NCBI GenBank assembly: GCA_017507765.1
Contig: JAFWAG010000062.1
Coordinates: 1-52,953 of the forward strand
Direction of reading: 5' to 3'
DNA length: 52,953 bases
From: Alphaproteobacteria bacterium
Lineage (GTDB): Bacteria > Pseudomonadota > Alphaproteobacteria > CACZRW01
Part shown: in pieces, positions 26,968-36,698 of the stretch
Layout of the letters: each line of letters starts with the position of its first letter
Numbering within the stretch: the stretch's first letter is position 1
Notes under the pieces: model-generated
Told to the model about the DNA's origin: nothing
The model's database searches: none
The model's input: only the letters and a program-made list of their open reading frames with translations
Made by a program: the position numbers and the translations under genes

Positions 26968-27759
26968 ATGTTGCAAACTATAGTTCTGGCGTTAGTGCAA
27001 AGCGCAACCGAGTTTTTACCGATAAGTTCTTCGGCTCATTTGATTATTGTGCCGTATCTGTCTTCATGGGCAGATCAGGGAATGGCTTTTGATGTGGCAA
27101 TGCATATAGGAACTTTGCTGGCGGTGATAATATATTTCCGCAAAGATGTGGCAGCGATTGTTGAAGGAGGCTTCGGAGTCTTAAGAAGGCAAACCGGTTC
27201 AAAGGTTAATTTGTTTTTGTGTCTTGTCATTGCGACAATTCCCGCTTTGGCTTTCGGTTTTTTGTTGGAAGCGGTACTTCATGCAGATTTCCGCAGTATT
27301 AAGCTTTTGGCTTGTACCTTAATCTTTTTCGGTATCGTTTTGTATGTGGTGGATAAATTAAGACCTCGTACCCGTACAATGGCAGAGCTGACCATTAAAG
27401 ATGCTTTTTATATAGGGGTGGCGCAGGCTATTGCTTTGATTCCGGGAACAAGCCGGTCGGGAATTACTATGACCATGGCAAGGTATTTAGGCTTTAACCG
27501 TGAAGATGCGGCTCGTTTTTCCATGCTGTTGTCCATTCCGACTATCAGTGCGGCAGGTTTGTGGACGGCTTTAAAGATTTTTCAGGCAGGGGATAGCTCT
27601 TTCTTTGATATGCAGGTTTTTATCGGTATGTTGGTTTCGGCTTTGGGCGGATTGGCGGCGATATGGTTCTTGCTTGCGTGGTTAAAGAAAGCTTCGTTTG
27701 GGATTTTTGCTCTTTACCGGATTATTTTGGGCGTGGTTTTATTGGTTGTCGCTTTTTAA
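26968..27759 (+). CDS. uppP: Undecaprenyl-diphosphate phosphatase
   Basis: TEFLPISSSAHL, HIGTLLAV, PGTSRSGIT, AARFSMLLSIP. Confidence 0.92.
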   Translation: MLQTIVLALVQSATEFLPISSSAHLIIVPYLSSWADQGMAFDVAMHIGTLLAVIIYFRKDVAAIVEGGFGVLRRQTGSKVNLFLCLVIATIPALAFGFLLEAVLHADFRSIKLLACTLIFFGIVLYVVDKLRPRTRTMAELTIKDAFYIGVAQAIALIPGTSRSGITMTMARYLGFNREDAARFSMLLSIPTISAAGLWTALKIFQAGDSSFFDMQVFIGMLVSALGGLAAIWFLLAWLKKASFGIFALYRIILGVVLLVVAF

Positions 27760-28620
27760 GCCCGTGGCCTTTATCCACCAGTCTGGATAGGACTTTTTAA
27801 GTTCGGCGGCGGCTTTTCCGGCAATTTCCGGCGAGTCATAAAGTCCAAAGCAAGTTGAACCGCTTCCGGACATACGAGATAACAGACAATTGGAAGTCTT
27901 TGTGCTGATTGCTTCTATGGCTTCGGCGATAATCGGCTGTAAAGTTATGGCGGCTTCGGTTAAGTCGTTACGGCATTTTTGTAAGTCGGCGGCAAGGGAA
28001 GCTGCATCTTTATATTCCGGTAAAAAAGTAAAAGCATCGCTGAAAACCGCTTTGCGAGAGCGAAAGATTTCTCCGGAAGATACCGGAACCATGGGGTTTA
28101 CCAAAATAATACCCAGATTGGGAAGCTTTGGGGCAGGGTGGAAAATGTCTCCGGTGCCGCCAATCAGAACCGGACGGCCGTAAAGGCTGGGGCTGACATC
28201 AGAGCCAAGTTTTGCCGCTATTTCATAAAGTTTATCTTCGGGAAGAGTTTTGCCCCAAAGCTTTTGCAAGCCGATTAAAGCGGCGGCGGCGTCTGCGGTG
28301 CCTCCGCCTATTCCGGCGGCTATGGGAAGATTTTTAACCAAAGTTATCTCTCCGGAAGGGGGGAGGTTAAGTTCTTTGGCTAACATATGCGCCGCTTTGA
28401 TAATGCTGTTGTTTTCATCAACTAACAGGTTGGCGGCAAAGTCTCCGGTGATGTTTAGGGTTAAATCTTTTGCCGGAGCAAAAAATAATTCGTCGCCGAT
28501 GTCGGCAAAAACAAACAAGCTGTCAAGAATGTGGTAGCCGTCCGAATGCCGCTTGCTGAGAATGTGCAGGTGAAGGTTGATTTTTGCCGGAGCAATTTGG
28601 GAAAATAACGGTTTCATCAT
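27739..28620 (-). CDS. ispE: 4-diphosphocytidyl-2-C-methyl-D-erythritol kinase
   Basis: APAKINLHL, KNLPIAAGIGGGTADAAA, RMSGSGSTCFGL. Confidence 0.93.
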   Translation of the reverse strand: MMKPLFSQIAPAKINLHLHILSKRHSDGYHILDSLFVFADIGDELFFAPAKDLTLNITGDFAANLLVDENNSIIKAAHMLAKELNLPPSGEITLVKNLPIAAGIGGGTADAAAALIGLQKLWGKTLPEDKLYEIAAKLGSDVSPSLYGRPVLIGGTGDIFHPAPKLPNLGIILVNPMVPVSSGEIFRSRKAVFSDAFTFLPEYKDAASLAADLQKCRNDLTEAAITLQPIIAEAIEAISTKTSNCLLSRMSGSGSTCFGLYDSPEIAGKAAAELKKSYPDWWIKATGLKSDNQ

Positions 28621-30368
28621 TTACTTTTTTCTTGTTTTTCCCAAGCGTCAAGCCCGTGTTGCAGTTTAAACTTAATACGGGAAATGTCCGTTGGCGTTAT
28701 TTCAAAATTAAAGTTTAAAGCTTTCTGCCATTGGAAGTTGGCTTCCCTTTTCCTGCCGACTTTCCAATATGCATCGCCAAGGTGGTCATTGATTAAAGAA
28801 TTGCCCGGTTCCAGTTCAGCCGCTATTTCCAAAATCCTGACGGCACGGTCGTATTCTTCGGTAAGGTAAAATGCCCACCCGAAGCTATCCATAATGTAGC
28901 CGTTTTCCGGACTTTTTTCGATTGCTTTGGCTATCATGTTTTTGGCGTTGGTAAGGTTTTTGCCTTTTTCAAGCCAGCTGTAGCCAAGATAGTTAAGAAT
29001 AAACGGGTCTTCGGGATTCTTTGCCAAGGCGGTCAGAAAATCCTGTTCCGCTTCTTGCCATTTGCCAATGCGTTCCAATGCTATTCCTCGGCTGTAATAC
29101 ACCGTCCACGGAGTTTTTTCCGTGTCGTTTATATCGTTGATTGCTTTGGTGTAAACTTCGGCTGCTTTGGCATAGTTTTCTTGATTGCGATAGGTGTCGC
29201 CAAGCTCTATTACCGGCAGAACTTTGTCCGGAAAATCTTTGATAAGGCTTTGTAAAAGCTTAATGCTTTCCGGATAACGCTTTAGCTTGTTTAAAAGACC
29301 TACTCGCCGGATTTGAGCGGAATAATAAAGCTCGCTGCTTTTTTCAATGCTTTGGTAAACCTCAATTGCTTTATCCGGCATATCTTCTTGCTCAAAAAGC
29401 TCGGCAAGCAATACTTTGCCGACAATTAAGTCAGTATCCAGATATAATGCCATTTTTAACAGTATAAGTGCCATTTCATTGCTGTTGGCAAGGCTTAAAT
29501 TGGCTGACATTCCCAAAAGAGTTTCGGCAAAGCCTTGCTCTGCACTGTTAATCGGGCGGGTATCGTCTTCGGGAAGTAAAAAGTTTTGACCGGCGTAAGC
29601 TTTTTTTTCGGCATCTTTGTTATAGGCTTCTAAAATCTCTTTGACTTTGTCGGGGTGGTTCGTCCGGCGGTAAAAGCTGATAGCAACCTGAGAGGCTCGG
29701 ATAGACGAGTTTTCTTTGTTTTTACCTAAGACAAATTCGTAACTTTCGGCGGCTTCTTTATTCTTGCCAAGCAAGTCGCAAATAAGTCCACGGTGAAAAT
29801 GATACGGAGCAATAAAGGATTTATCGTTTTTTAACGCCGTAAGCATACGCAATGCTTCTTCGCCTTTGCCTTCGCCGTATAAAAGCCAAGCCTTTAAAAC
29901 CGTAAGGAAATATCGGTTAAAACTGATGCCGGGGATTTTGTTTAAAACATCATAGGCTTCACGATATTTTTCTTGCTTAACCAATTCGGTGGCAACAATC
30001 AAAGACGCCAGAAAAGCTTTCGGTTTTAAGGTAAGTTCTTTTTGGGCATAAACCGAGGCTTCTTTTATCCTGCCTTCTACCGCCAGAATGGTGTAAGTGT
30101 CTTGCAACATATTGGCCGGAGCGTCCGCTCGGTCGGAAATCTTTTCCAGAAAATCACCGGCAAGTTTGTAGTCTTGTTTTATCCGTGCGTACTGCGAGGC
30201 CAAAAATAAACCGTTGATACTGGTGGCGTCATAAGCGCTTAGCTTTACGGGTTCGGAGGAAGATTTTTGGGCATCTTCCTTTTTATCGTAACAACCTGAG
30301 AAGCAGCCGATAAAACCGATAAGGGCGGCAGAGGCAAAAAGGCAGGAAAGAAACTTTTTATTGGTCAT
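28617..30368 (-). CDS. TPR-repeat lipoprotein
   Basis: Lipobox-like FSGC, repeated TPR helices, ILNYLGYSW, DHLGDAYWKVGR; upstream of ispE as is common in Alphaproteobacteria. Confidence 0.85.
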   Translation of the reverse strand: MTNKKFLSCLFASAALIGFIGCFSGCYDKKEDAQKSSSEPVKLSAYDATSINGLFLASQYARIKQDYKLAGDFLEKISDRADAPANMLQDTYTILAVEGRIKEASVYAQKELTLKPKAFLASLIVATELVKQEKYREAYDVLNKIPGISFNRYFLTVLKAWLLYGEGKGEEALRMLTALKNDKSFIAPYHFHRGLICDLLGKNKEAAESYEFVLGKNKENSSIRASQVAISFYRRTNHPDKVKEILEAYNKDAEKKAYAGQNFLLPEDDTRPINSAEQGFAETLLGMSANLSLANSNEMALILLKMALYLDTDLIVGKVLLAELFEQEDMPDKAIEVYQSIEKSSELYYSAQIRRVGLLNKLKRYPESIKLLQSLIKDFPDKVLPVIELGDTYRNQENYAKAAEVYTKAINDINDTEKTPWTVYYSRGIALERIGKWQEAEQDFLTALAKNPEDPFILNYLGYSWLEKGKNLTNAKNMIAKAIEKSPENGYIMDSFGWAFYLTEEYDRAVRILEIAAELEPGNSLINDHLGDAYWKVGRKREANFQWQKALNFNFEITPTDISRIKFKLQHGLDAWEKQEKSK

Positions 30369-30457
30369 TAGAGCTGTCCGTTAATCTTTTTATTTCCGTA
30401 ATTTTACTTTATAAGTTAAAGTAAGTTCCGGCGGAATGCAAACTATGATAAAGAATC

Positions 30458-31249
30458 ATGATTAATGAAAACCTAAACTTGTTATTATGGAATATGGAAA
30501 ACGGTGCCGATGAAGCAATCGGTGATGCGCCGGTGGACTATTTTGCCAAAAGCGAGGAAAAGATTTCTGCCGTATCCGCTCCTTTGATTCCCAAAGCAAC
30601 GGCTTTGGAGGTTGCGCCGGCGCCGGTGCTTCCTGCGGTTCCGCTAACCCAAGAATTATTACGAGACGTAAAAACTTTGGAAGAGCTTAAAACCGCAATG
30701 CTTAATTTTAACGGCTGTTCTTTGAAGGCTACCGCTATGAATACGGTTTTCGGCGGCGGAGTTCCGGAAAGTAAAGTCATGTTGGTAGGGGAAGCACCCG
30801 GAGCAGATGAAGACCGTATCGGCTTACCTTTTGTCGGGTTGAGCGGAAAGCTGTTGGATAAGATGCTTGCTTCCATAGGGCTTTCTCGAGAGAAAAATGT
30901 TTATATTTCCAATATCCTGCCGTGGAGACCGCCAGGGAACCGTACGCCTACGCCCGCTGAAGTGGCTTTGTGTCTGCCTTTTATCCGGAAACATATAGAG
31001 CTGATAAATCCCGATATTTTAATTCTTTTGGGCGGAAGTTCCGCATCGGCTCTTTTGGCTACTACCGAAGGAGTTTCTCGAATACGCGGGCGGTGGTTAG
31101 AGTATACTATTGCCGAAACCGGAAAAAGTGTGGATACTCTGGTTACTTTTCACCCCGCATTTCTGCTGCGTTCGGCGGCTCAGAAAAAAATTGCGTGGAA
31201 AGATATGCTTACAGTAAAACAAAAATTAAATGCTTTAGGAGAACATTAA
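30458..31249 (+). CDS. Uracil-DNA glycosylase family 4
   Basis: GEAPGADED, PFVGLSG, PWRPPGNRTP, TFHPAFLLR. Confidence 0.9.
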   Translation: MINENLNLLLWNMENGADEAIGDAPVDYFAKSEEKISAVSAPLIPKATALEVAPAPVLPAVPLTQELLRDVKTLEELKTAMLNFNGCSLKATAMNTVFGGGVPESKVMLVGEAPGADEDRIGLPFVGLSGKLLDKMLASIGLSREKNVYISNILPWRPPGNRTPTPAEVALCLPFIRKHIELINPDILILLGGSSASALLATTEGVSRIRGRWLEYTIAETGKSVDTLVTFHPAFLLRSAAQKKIAWKDMLTVKQKLNALGEH

Positions 31250-31251
31250 AA

Positions 31252-32196
31252 ATGACAGCAATGAAACCTGTGCGTGTTGGTGTGGTCGGAACCGGTATGA
31301 TGGGAAACTTTCATCTGCGGACTTATGCCGCAATGAAAGAAGTCGAACTCGTCGGGGTTTTTGATGTCGATGCCGAGCGGGCGGAAAAAATCGCTGCCCA
31401 ATATAATTGCCAAGCATTTACGGATTTAGATGCGTTGGCGGCGGAAGTGGAAGCCGTAAGTGTGGTTACTCCTTCGGTTACTCATGCCGATGTCGGAAGC
31501 CGCCTGTTGGCAAAGAAAGTTCCCTGCTTGATTGAAAAGCCCTTGGCAACAACGGAAGAAGATTGTCAAAAACTGATAAATACGGCAAAGGAAAATCAGG
31601 TTGTGCTTGCCGTAGGACATATTGAACGCTTTAATCCCGCCGTTGATAAATTAAGCCAGATTTTAAAAAATAATCAGCCGGAAATACAGGCAATAGATGC
31701 TCGCCGTATGAGCTTGGCAAGCGCACGCATAACTGATGTTGACGTGGTCGAAGATTTGATGATTCACGATATTGAAGTCGTTATGTCGTTAATGAATAGT
31801 CCGGTAACGGCAGTAAGAGCGCAAGGATTTGCTGACGGACATGACCATGCTTCCGCTTTGCTGAAGTTTGCCAATAATGCTTTTGCTAATGTTACGGCTT
31901 CCCGTATAACCAAAGACAGAATCCGTACTTTGGACGTGATGACCGATGCCGGACATTTTGCGTTGGATTATATCGGGCAGACTTTGGAGCTTCGCCTTCC
32001 CGGTTCTCCAGTTTTGGAGGCTAATGTAAGCACGGTGCAGAATAATATCAGCGTTTTTGCCGAGCCGCCTTTGCTGTTAGAGCTTCGCCACTTTATTGAT
32101 TGTGTCCAAAATAATAAAGAACCCAGAGTTTCCGGTGAGCAGGCTTTGGAGGCTTTGCGGGTGGTTTGGCAAGTTCAAAAAGCTTTGAAAGGATAA
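31252..32196 (+). CDS. Gfo/Idh/MocA NAD-dependent oxidoreductase
   Basis: GVVGTGMMG, LIEKP, VGHIERFNP, DLMIHDI. Start ATG at 31252 follows a GGAG RBS. Confidence 0.88.
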   Translation: MTAMKPVRVGVVGTGMMGNFHLRTYAAMKEVELVGVFDVDAERAEKIAAQYNCQAFTDLDALAAEVEAVSVVTPSVTHADVGSRLLAKKVPCLIEKPLATTEEDCQKLINTAKENQVVLAVGHIERFNPAVDKLSQILKNNQPEIQAIDARRMSLASARITDVDVVEDLMIHDIEVVMSLMNSPVTAVRAQGFADGHDHASALLKFANNAFANVTASRITKDRIRTLDVMTDAGHFALDYIGQTLELRLPGSPVLEANVSTVQNNISVFAEPPLLLELRHFIDCVQNNKEPRVSGEQALEALRVVWQVQKALKG

Positions 32197-32784
32197 TCAG
32201 CGGGTACGACCCGTATCTTTTTGCAGGGCTAACATCTCGGTAAACGTTAAACGCTTTCTTGGGCGAGAAGTAGGTAGTTCGTTGGCGGATAGGCTACCTT
32301 TCTTGCGATACGGATTTTTTAAACTTTCCATGCGCTGTTTATACGAAATCCTTTGGCTTTTAAGGCGGCTGTTAAGTTTGCGGTTGATAACTTCCGCTTT
32401 TGCCGGAGTGCTGCGCATACGCTGTTTCGATAAACGGCGGTCAATGGAGTCGATTAACTGTTCTTTGCGAGCAAGTCCCGCATATTTGTTATAACTGGAA
32501 GGAACCGGAGCGGAAATAATAAACACATGCTTCATTCGTTGCAGCCAGTAAAGGCTGCGCATCTGCTGTTCAAGATTGATAAAAACATCGGTGATAAATC
32601 TTTTTAAGCCACGGTCGACTTTTTTCGGCTTTTCCGAGTTTACAAGGTCAAAATTGACTAAATCTTTAAAGGCGGTCGGTTTGTTATCTTTGTTATTTTC
32701 GGCAAGTTTCGATATTTTCCGGCGGCTCTGTTTGGAAGTGAGCAAACCTTTTAAAGCGTTAAAAAACTTGGAAAACTTAGGCAT
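32197..32784 (-). CDS. Hypothetical, highly basic protein
   Basis: 195 aa, Lys/Arg-rich, AGGAGG RBS upstream, stop abuts the convergent gene. Confidence 0.65.
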   Translation of the reverse strand: MPKFSKFFNALKGLLTSKQSRRKISKLAENNKDNKPTAFKDLVNFDLVNSEKPKKVDRGLKRFITDVFINLEQQMRSLYWLQRMKHVFIISAPVPSSYNKYAGLARKEQLIDSIDRRLSKQRMRSTPAKAEVINRKLNSRLKSQRISYKQRMESLKNPYRKKGSLSANELPTSRPRKRLTFTEMLALQKDTGRTR

Positions 32785-32831
32785 TGATTTATACCTCCTT
32801 TAACCCAGTTTTCAGGTTAACCAAGCGCTTG

Positions 32832-33227
32832 TCAATCCCATTCGGAAAACATAAGTTCGCGCGCCCGTTCTTCGGAACCGACAGGAAGACGATTGCCGTA
32901 AGGGTCGCCGACAGATGCCGGAAAACATTCGACGTCCGCAATGGTACGGTAGCAATATGGCTGCGGCGGCGGAATATATGGCTCCGGTTCGGATATGCAC
33001 CAAGGGCCGCCGTCAAGCTCGGCTCTGGGAGTGGAGCAATCCAGACCCGTTTGATAGGATTCATAATGGTCAAGAAGAGTCTTTTGCGTGTTGATAATGC
33101 TTATCACATCAATGGCGGCAACCGTTTGAATCGGTGTTGCTCCCAAAGGAAGGTAAGAGGCATTGCTGGTAAACCAACAGCCGGAAAGAGAAAAAACCGT
33201 TCCTAATAATAACCAAAATCTTTTCAT
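32832..33227 (-). CDS. Putative lipoprotein (Cys/Pro-rich)
   Basis: LSGC lipobox, then LDCS, GPWC, PYCYRTIADVEC. Confidence 0.7.
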   Translation of the reverse strand: MKRFWLLLGTVFSLSGCWFTSNASYLPLGATPIQTVAAIDVISIINTQKTLLDHYESYQTGLDCSTPRAELDGGPWCISEPEPYIPPPQPYCYRTIADVECFPASVGDPYGNRLPVGSEERARELMFSEWD

Positions 33228-33269
33228 TTTCTTCCTAATATGTGTTTTTCTTACTTTAAATCATTTACG

Positions 33270-33285
33270 GTTAATAAGGATTTAA
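33270..33285 (-). promoter_or_regulatory. Candidate CtrA binding site
   Basis: Minus strand TTAA-atcctta-TTAAC matches TTAA-N7-TTAAC in a divergent promoter region. The AT-rich context makes a chance match possible. Confidence 0.35.
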
Positions 33286-33325
33286 TGTATAAGGTAGATA
33301 TATTTATTTCATAGGAGACTTTAAA

Positions 33326-34015
33326 GTGCCAGAAAATAATCTTGATCCGCAACAAAATGCCTTGTTTAGAGAAATAGACGAGGAACTCAGAAATGACCGA
33401 ATGAAAGCGTTGTGGAAAAAATACCGCTTCCTTATTGCCGCAGTTATATTCTTGGCAATTTTCTCTGCGATTGCTTTTGAAGCGTTTAAATACTGGCGGC
33501 AACAGCTGGAAGCTAAGGACGCAACGGCTTATACCGGAGCTTTAACCTTGGTTACCGAAGGCAAAAACGATTTGGCTTTGAGCGAACTGGAAAAAATAGC
33601 GGCAGAGAAAAATACCGGATATGCTCAGCTCGCTAAGCTTGAAATGGCAGTTTTGCTCGCTAAAGAAGGAAAAACGGCAGAAGTTTTGGAACTGCTTGAT
33701 AATGTTCGTAAAGATAACAGCTTTGTAAAACCGTTGCGTGATGTGGCGGCAGTTGCTTTGGTGCAAAGAATGCTGAATCAGGAACAAACCGATTTTGCCA
33801 AGGTACAGGAAATACTGACGCCTTTGGAAAATAAAGATTCTGCATGGAGTGCGATGGCTCTTTCGCTTTCTGCGGTGGCTTTTTTGAAAAATAAAGAACC
33901 AGAAAAAGCCAAAGAAAAATTGCAGCTTATAAACGGTAATGCCGAATTACCCGCAGAATTACGTGATTGGGCGCGTAATCTTGCCGTAACCCTTGATAAC
34001 GGTGCAAAGAAATGA
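33326..34015 (+). CDS. YfgM-like TPR membrane-anchored protein
   Basis: LFREIDEELR, single TM, TPR helices; GTG start after an AGGAG RBS; yfgM-bamB-der synteny. Confidence 0.8.
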   Translation: MPENNLDPQQNALFREIDEELRNDRMKALWKKYRFLIAAVIFLAIFSAIAFEAFKYWRQQLEAKDATAYTGALTLVTEGKNDLALSELEKIAAEKNTGYAQLAKLEMAVLLAKEGKTAEVLELLDNVRKDNSFVKPLRDVAAVALVQRMLNQEQTDFAKVQEILTPLENKDSAWSAMALSLSAVAFLKNKEPEKAKEKLQLINGNAELPAELRDWARNLAVTLDNGAKK

Positions 34016-35331
34016 CAAGGCGGCTGTTTCTTCTTGCCGGTATAGTTCTTCTTTCTTCGTGCGGAAGTTCTTCGTGGTTTGGGGAAGATAAAAAAGTTAC
34101 GGTCGAAGGTACCAGAATATCAGTTCTGGCTCATGACCGTTCTTTGAAAGCCGAAGAAAGCGCAGAAAAGGCGGAAATAATCTTGCCAAGGCCGGAGGCA
34201 ACGCCTCGTTGGGCGCAGGCCGGAGGATATTCTCATCATAATATGCAACACCTGATTTTGCGGAATGAACCCGAAGAAATCTGGAAAGAAAGTATAGGCG
34301 AAGGAAACAGCGGACGTAATTTAATGTTGGCTGAGCCAGTGGTGGCAAACGGAAAAGTCTTTGCGATTGATGCGGAAGGGCAAGTGTCTGCTTTGGCTTT
34401 GGCTGACGGTGACGAGCTATGGCAAAAAAACATTAAAAGCGCAGATAAAAGTACGGCTTTGAAAGGAGCGGGGCTGGCGTATGAAAACGGTCTTTTGTTC
34501 GTTACGACCGGTGTCGGAGAAGTTCATGCCTTGGAAACGGAAAACGGCGGGCTTGTGTGGCGGGTGAATGTTGATGCGCCAGTTCGGACGGCTCCGACGG
34601 TATATGCAGGACGCTTGTATGTCTTGACTATTGATAACCGTATTATTGCTTTATCAACCTATACCGGAGAAAAACTGTGGAGCTATGATGCCGTGGCAGA
34701 GACTACGGCTTTGCTTGGCGCTCCGGCTCCGGCGGCGGATAAAGGTATCGTAATAGCCGCTTTTTCTTCCGGTGAAATATATGCCTTGAAGTCAGATAGC
34801 GGGCAGCCTTTGTGGTCAGATGCTTTGGTTGCTTCCGGTGGCGGAAACTTTGTCTCCGGACTGTCCGCAATTAAAGGGCGTGTGGTCATAGATGACGATG
34901 TGGTATATGCTATCGGTAACGGTAATATCTTTACCGCAACAAATCTGCTTTCCGGCGACAGAATATGGGAAAAAGATATCGGCGGCGTTAATCAGCCGTG
35001 GGTCGGCGGAAGTTATATATTTGTGGTTACCAACGATGCCGAACTTGTCGCAATGGATAAAACAAACGGTAAAATTGTATGGATAGCAAAGTTGCCTTTG
35101 TGGGAAGATGAAGAAGACCGAAGCGGAAAAATTATTTGGTTAGGACCGATTTTGGCCAGCAATAAACTGATAGTTGTCGGTTCTAACGGTAAGCTGTTAG
35201 GCTTCTCTCCTTACTCCGGCGAAAAGGTATCCGAAGCAGATATGGACGACGGAATATTTGTTTCTCCGGTGCTTGCCGAAGGTACACTGCTATTGTTAGA
35301 TGAAGAGGGAGAGCTTTCCGCTTATAAATAA
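34012..35331 (+). CDS. BamB-like PQQ-repeat beta-propeller lipoprotein
   Basis: LSSC lipobox and repeated G-x-x-x-W motifs (GDELW, GGLVW, GEKLW, GQPLW, GDRIW, GKIVW). Confidence 0.85.
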   Translation: MTRRLFLLAGIVLLSSCGSSSWFGEDKKVTVEGTRISVLAHDRSLKAEESAEKAEIILPRPEATPRWAQAGGYSHHNMQHLILRNEPEEIWKESIGEGNSGRNLMLAEPVVANGKVFAIDAEGQVSALALADGDELWQKNIKSADKSTALKGAGLAYENGLLFVTTGVGEVHALETENGGLVWRVNVDAPVRTAPTVYAGRLYVLTIDNRIIALSTYTGEKLWSYDAVAETTALLGAPAPAADKGIVIAAFSSGEIYALKSDSGQPLWSDALVASGGGNFVSGLSAIKGRVVIDDDVVYAIGNGNIFTATNLLSGDRIWEKDIGGVNQPWVGGSYIFVVTNDAELVAMDKTNGKIVWIAKLPLWEDEEDRSGKIIWLGPILASNKLIVVGSNGKLLGFSPYSGEKVSEADMDDGIFVSPVLAEGTLLLLDEEGELSAYK

Positions 35332-36698
35332 TGACTGAACCAATTGTAGCTATTATCGGACGGGCAAATGTCGGCAAATCAACCCTTTTTAACCGCTTAA
35401 TCGGACGGAAAAAGGCAATTGTTCATGACCGCCCCGGCGTAACCAGAGACCGCAGAGAGGGAAACGGCTCTTTATTCGATTTGCAATTCCGCTTGATTGA
35501 TACAGCCGGTTTGGAAGAGTCTGGACCTTTGTCAGAAGCTATGTGGCAACAAACGGAAAGAGCTATTGCCGAAGCAGATGTCCTTTTATACATGATTGAT
35601 TCCCGCAGCGGGGTTACACCGCAGGATTTAAAATTGTCTGCTTTCCTGCGGAAAAAGGATAAGCCTTTAATCCTTTTGGCAAATAAAAGCGAAGGCGGTG
35701 CAAAGTATGAAGGAATGGCGGAAGCTTATCGCTTGGCGGTAGGAGACCCTTTGCCAATGTCGGCGGAACATGGACTTGGTATGGACGAACTGTATAATGC
35801 TTTGCGGAAATATATTGAGCCTTCCGCAAAGAAAAAGTCTCGCCGACAGGAGATGAAGGAAGCAACTTCAGAAGAAGCGGAAGATATTATTCAAATCGCA
35901 ATTGTCGGACGCCCAAATGTCGGTAAGTCAACCCTTGTAAATCACTTGCTTAAAGACGAAAGAATGCTTACCGGACCGGAAGCCGGTGTAACCAGAGATT
36001 CTATCGCCGTAAATTGGGAATATAACGGGCGGAAATTGCGCTTGGTCGATACGGCAGGTTTGCGCAAAAGAGCCCGTATAGAAGATGATGTGGAAAAATT
36101 AGCCGCCGCAGATACTAAACGTTCCGCCTTTTTGGCGCAGGTGGTGGTGTTGGTTCTGGACGCCGATGCCGTTTTGGAAAAGCAAGATTTGACTATCGCC
36201 AGTCAGGTTATTGAAGAAGGGCGAGCTTTAATCATTGCCGTGAATAAATGGGATACGGTCAAAGATAAAAAAGAGTCTTTGGAACGATTGAAAGATAAGT
36301 TGCAGACTTCTTTACGCCAAGTACGGGGGATTCCTTATGTGACAATTTCGGCAATCCAAGAAAAAGGCTTGGACGCTTTGATGAAAACCGTCTTTGCCGT
36401 GTATGATAAATGGAATAAACGTGTGTCGACTTCGCCGTTAAATCGTTGGTTGCAAGATGCTATTGAGCGGCACCCGACCCCAATGGCGCAAAACGGACGC
36501 AGGATTCCGATGAAATATATTACGCAGCATAAAACCCGTCCGCCTTCTTTTGTTATTTTTTCCAGTAATCCGGACAAACTACCGGAATCTTATTACCGCT
36601 ATTTGGTAAACGGAATCCGTGATAATTTTGATTTGGACGGAGTTCCTATACGCTTGACGGTGCGGAAACAGAAAAATCCTTATGCCGATAATGATTAA
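35331..36698 (+). CDS. der: Ribosome biogenesis GTPase Der/EngA
   Basis: Two GTPase domains (GRANVGKS/DTAG/NKSE and GRPNVGKS/DTAG/NKWD) plus a KH-like C-terminus. Confidence 0.96.
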   Translation: MTEPIVAIIGRANVGKSTLFNRLIGRKKAIVHDRPGVTRDRREGNGSLFDLQFRLIDTAGLEESGPLSEAMWQQTERAIAEADVLLYMIDSRSGVTPQDLKLSAFLRKKDKPLILLANKSEGGAKYEGMAEAYRLAVGDPLPMSAEHGLGMDELYNALRKYIEPSAKKKSRRQEMKEATSEEAEDIIQIAIVGRPNVGKSTLVNHLLKDERMLTGPEAGVTRDSIAVNWEYNGRKLRLVDTAGLRKRARIEDDVEKLAAADTKRSAFLAQVVVLVLDADAVLEKQDLTIASQVIEEGRALIIAVNKWDTVKDKKESLERLKDKLQTSLRQVRGIPYVTISAIQEKGLDALMKTVFAVYDKWNKRVSTSPLNRWLQDAIERHPTPMAQNGRRIPMKYITQHKTRPPSFVIFSSNPDKLPESYYRYLVNGIRDNFDLDGVPIRLTVRKQKNPYADND

